Source: Phoronis australis (lineage: Eukaryota; Animalia; Phoronida). From it: a DNA stretch of 64,000 nucleotides. Below are positions 62,291 to 64,000 of this stretch, piece after piece. The notes under the pieces were generated by a model. It saw only the letters and a program-made list of their open reading frames with translations, was not told the origin of the DNA and searched no databases. The stretch lies in the NCBI GenBank assembly GCA_002633005.1, contig NMRA01000340.1, forward strand, positions 295,435 through 359,434, in the 5' to 3' direction. A program made the position numbers and the translations under genes. The first letter of the stretch is position 1; each line of letters begins with the position of its first letter.

Positions 62291-62589
62291 TTGTTGATGG
62301 CCCCTCATGCAAAAGTGGAAAATTTTAAAAACAATTGCAAATGACTCTCTAGAAAACAGTGCATAAGGCGTGCTATCTGAAAGTTTCGTATGAATCCGAT
62401 CAGCCATTTCTGACAGATGAGGTTCCAAAGTTGGTCAAATTTTGACATTTTTCGAGGGTCCTGTACATGAATTTAAATATCCGTAGGACATGTACGCTGC
62501 ACACGGCCTCGGTAGTCTTATGGACATGTACAAGTCTGCTAGAAACAACTCCCTCTTCATCAACAATGGCTTTGCATTTAATGATTTTT

Positions 62590-63140
62590 AAAAAGGAATG
62601 TTCTAAAACCCCCTCGAACCCCACACTCCACAACCCCCATGATCCACGACCCCCCTCGATCCACAACCCCCTCGACCCAGTCTACACACGCTCCACTCGA
62701 TCTGTGCATAGAACAAGTGCTGACTAGCAGGACCAACGAGTCGTGCCGTGAGCTCGGCAGGCCCTTCCCTGTTTTTTGCAATCAAAAGGGTCGATTCGCA
62801 AGTTTGAATGCCAAAAACAAATACAAAAACGCCACCAAATCAAAGCAAGCAACCGAATATACATATAAAACAGACACTAATAATGAAACTATGAAATTAT
62901 GTTCATTCACGTTTAACGTACTCTTTCTCTAAGTTTAGTAGCACGGGAGCATTTGGTAGACGCTCGTGGAACTATTTCCGCTCACAATCCATTATTTCAG
63001 GTCATGTTGTTACGCCACTTTCTGTTTCAACCACCAGACCTGAGCCAGAGCAGATTCGTGTGTGGGTAGTCTGATGGGACAGTCATTCAGCGACGTAATA
63101 ATTATGATTATGAAATGATTAAAAATCGCAAATTTACATC
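62590..63140. repeat. Dispersed repeat shared with 40690-40930
   Basis: tgagccagagcagattcg...gtcattca.cgacgtaa occurs at ~40751 and ~63041; the ttctaaaa.cccctcga.ccc..cacaaccc motif at 62600 is the reverse complement of 40860-40925. Confidence 0.55.
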
Positions 63141-64000
63141 TATTGCAAGCGCAAAGATACATCTAGTGCAACATGTCGTTGTTTGGGCATCATGTCTTGA
63201 TTGTTCACATAGACATGTTCTGTGTTGTTTCGATGAATTTGAAAATTGTCTACTTCACCTCGTGAATAGCTGACAGAGTTGCAAAGTGGCAGTTGTCCCA
63301 GGACACCCCTTCTAAGAGACGAATCTGTCTGGAAAGAGGCCCGTAATGGGAAAGAACATAACATAAGAACGTCACAGTTGGTGACCTTCCTTAACATGTG
63401 CGCACCTAGGGAGGGGGGGGGGCTCGAAGTGGGCAAAAGGTCCGCTTGAGAAAAAAGTCCGAGAAAAAGTCCACTAAAATGGCGCCAACGCACACTTCAT
63501 AGCTCTGAACGTGGTACCCCGTTTTTTTAGTCCTCCATTCGTTTTTTATTGGCAAAAGGTCAACATTGTCAAAAATTCGAGCCCCCTATGTTTTAGACTA
63601 GGTGCGCGTATGGCTTAACATAATAGAACGTACGATTTCACCTAAACAGGAAAAAGCTGCAGTTGAGGCCCCTTCCGTGAGCGGCCCTGCAGAAAAACGA
63701 ATGATACTAAAACAGAAAATGGATGGCTATGGATTCCACTGAGCTGCTGAATATGAAAAAAATATTTAATTCCAAACCAATTAATGATTAACGATTAGTG
63801 CTTTCATCAGGGCACCAGCGCTCCACCAGGTTTTCCCAATTTATATCAAGCAATTTCCAAAAATAACGAAAAAGAGAGCAACAGATGATTCTGTTGACCC
63901 TTTTTCGAGAGCTGACCTTGGAGAAATGGTGTCTTCTTGAATTTAAATGTGATGTTGAAAATCCTGTATAACATGTATATGTGTGATTAAGGGCACGTCT

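Overview
Repeat-rich animal (invertebrate-type) genomic DNA with spliceosomal introns and scaffold gaps; nothing here looks prokaryotic. Host content: (1) a two-exon gene (9094-9105 + 11045-11401) for a 122-aa secreted prepropeptide with a signal peptide, very acidic propiece, KR cleavage site and a His/Arg-rich mature peptide ending in the GKK amidation signal, i.e. a candidate new antimicrobial or metal-binding peptide, with a tandem paralog (15367-24481) that appears pseudogenised; (2) an intact five-exon ammonium transporter (Amt) gene at 47884-55333; (3) a possible decayed three-exon gene at 35936-38900. The most unusual mobile element is a 5.8-kb LTR element (26744-32517; 193-bp LTRs, PBS, PPT, 4-bp TSD) with no gag/pol: it carries an antisense, intronless, decayed MPRIP/TRIOBP/outspread-type PH + coiled-coil sequence plus a TatD-nuclease remnant. 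The rest is transposon debris: two Academ elements, two Kolobok elements, a Helentron-type element, several LINEs, a Tc1 relic, MITEs, fold-back palindromes and a tRNA-derived SINE. All calls come from reading the sequence by eye; no database searches were run.
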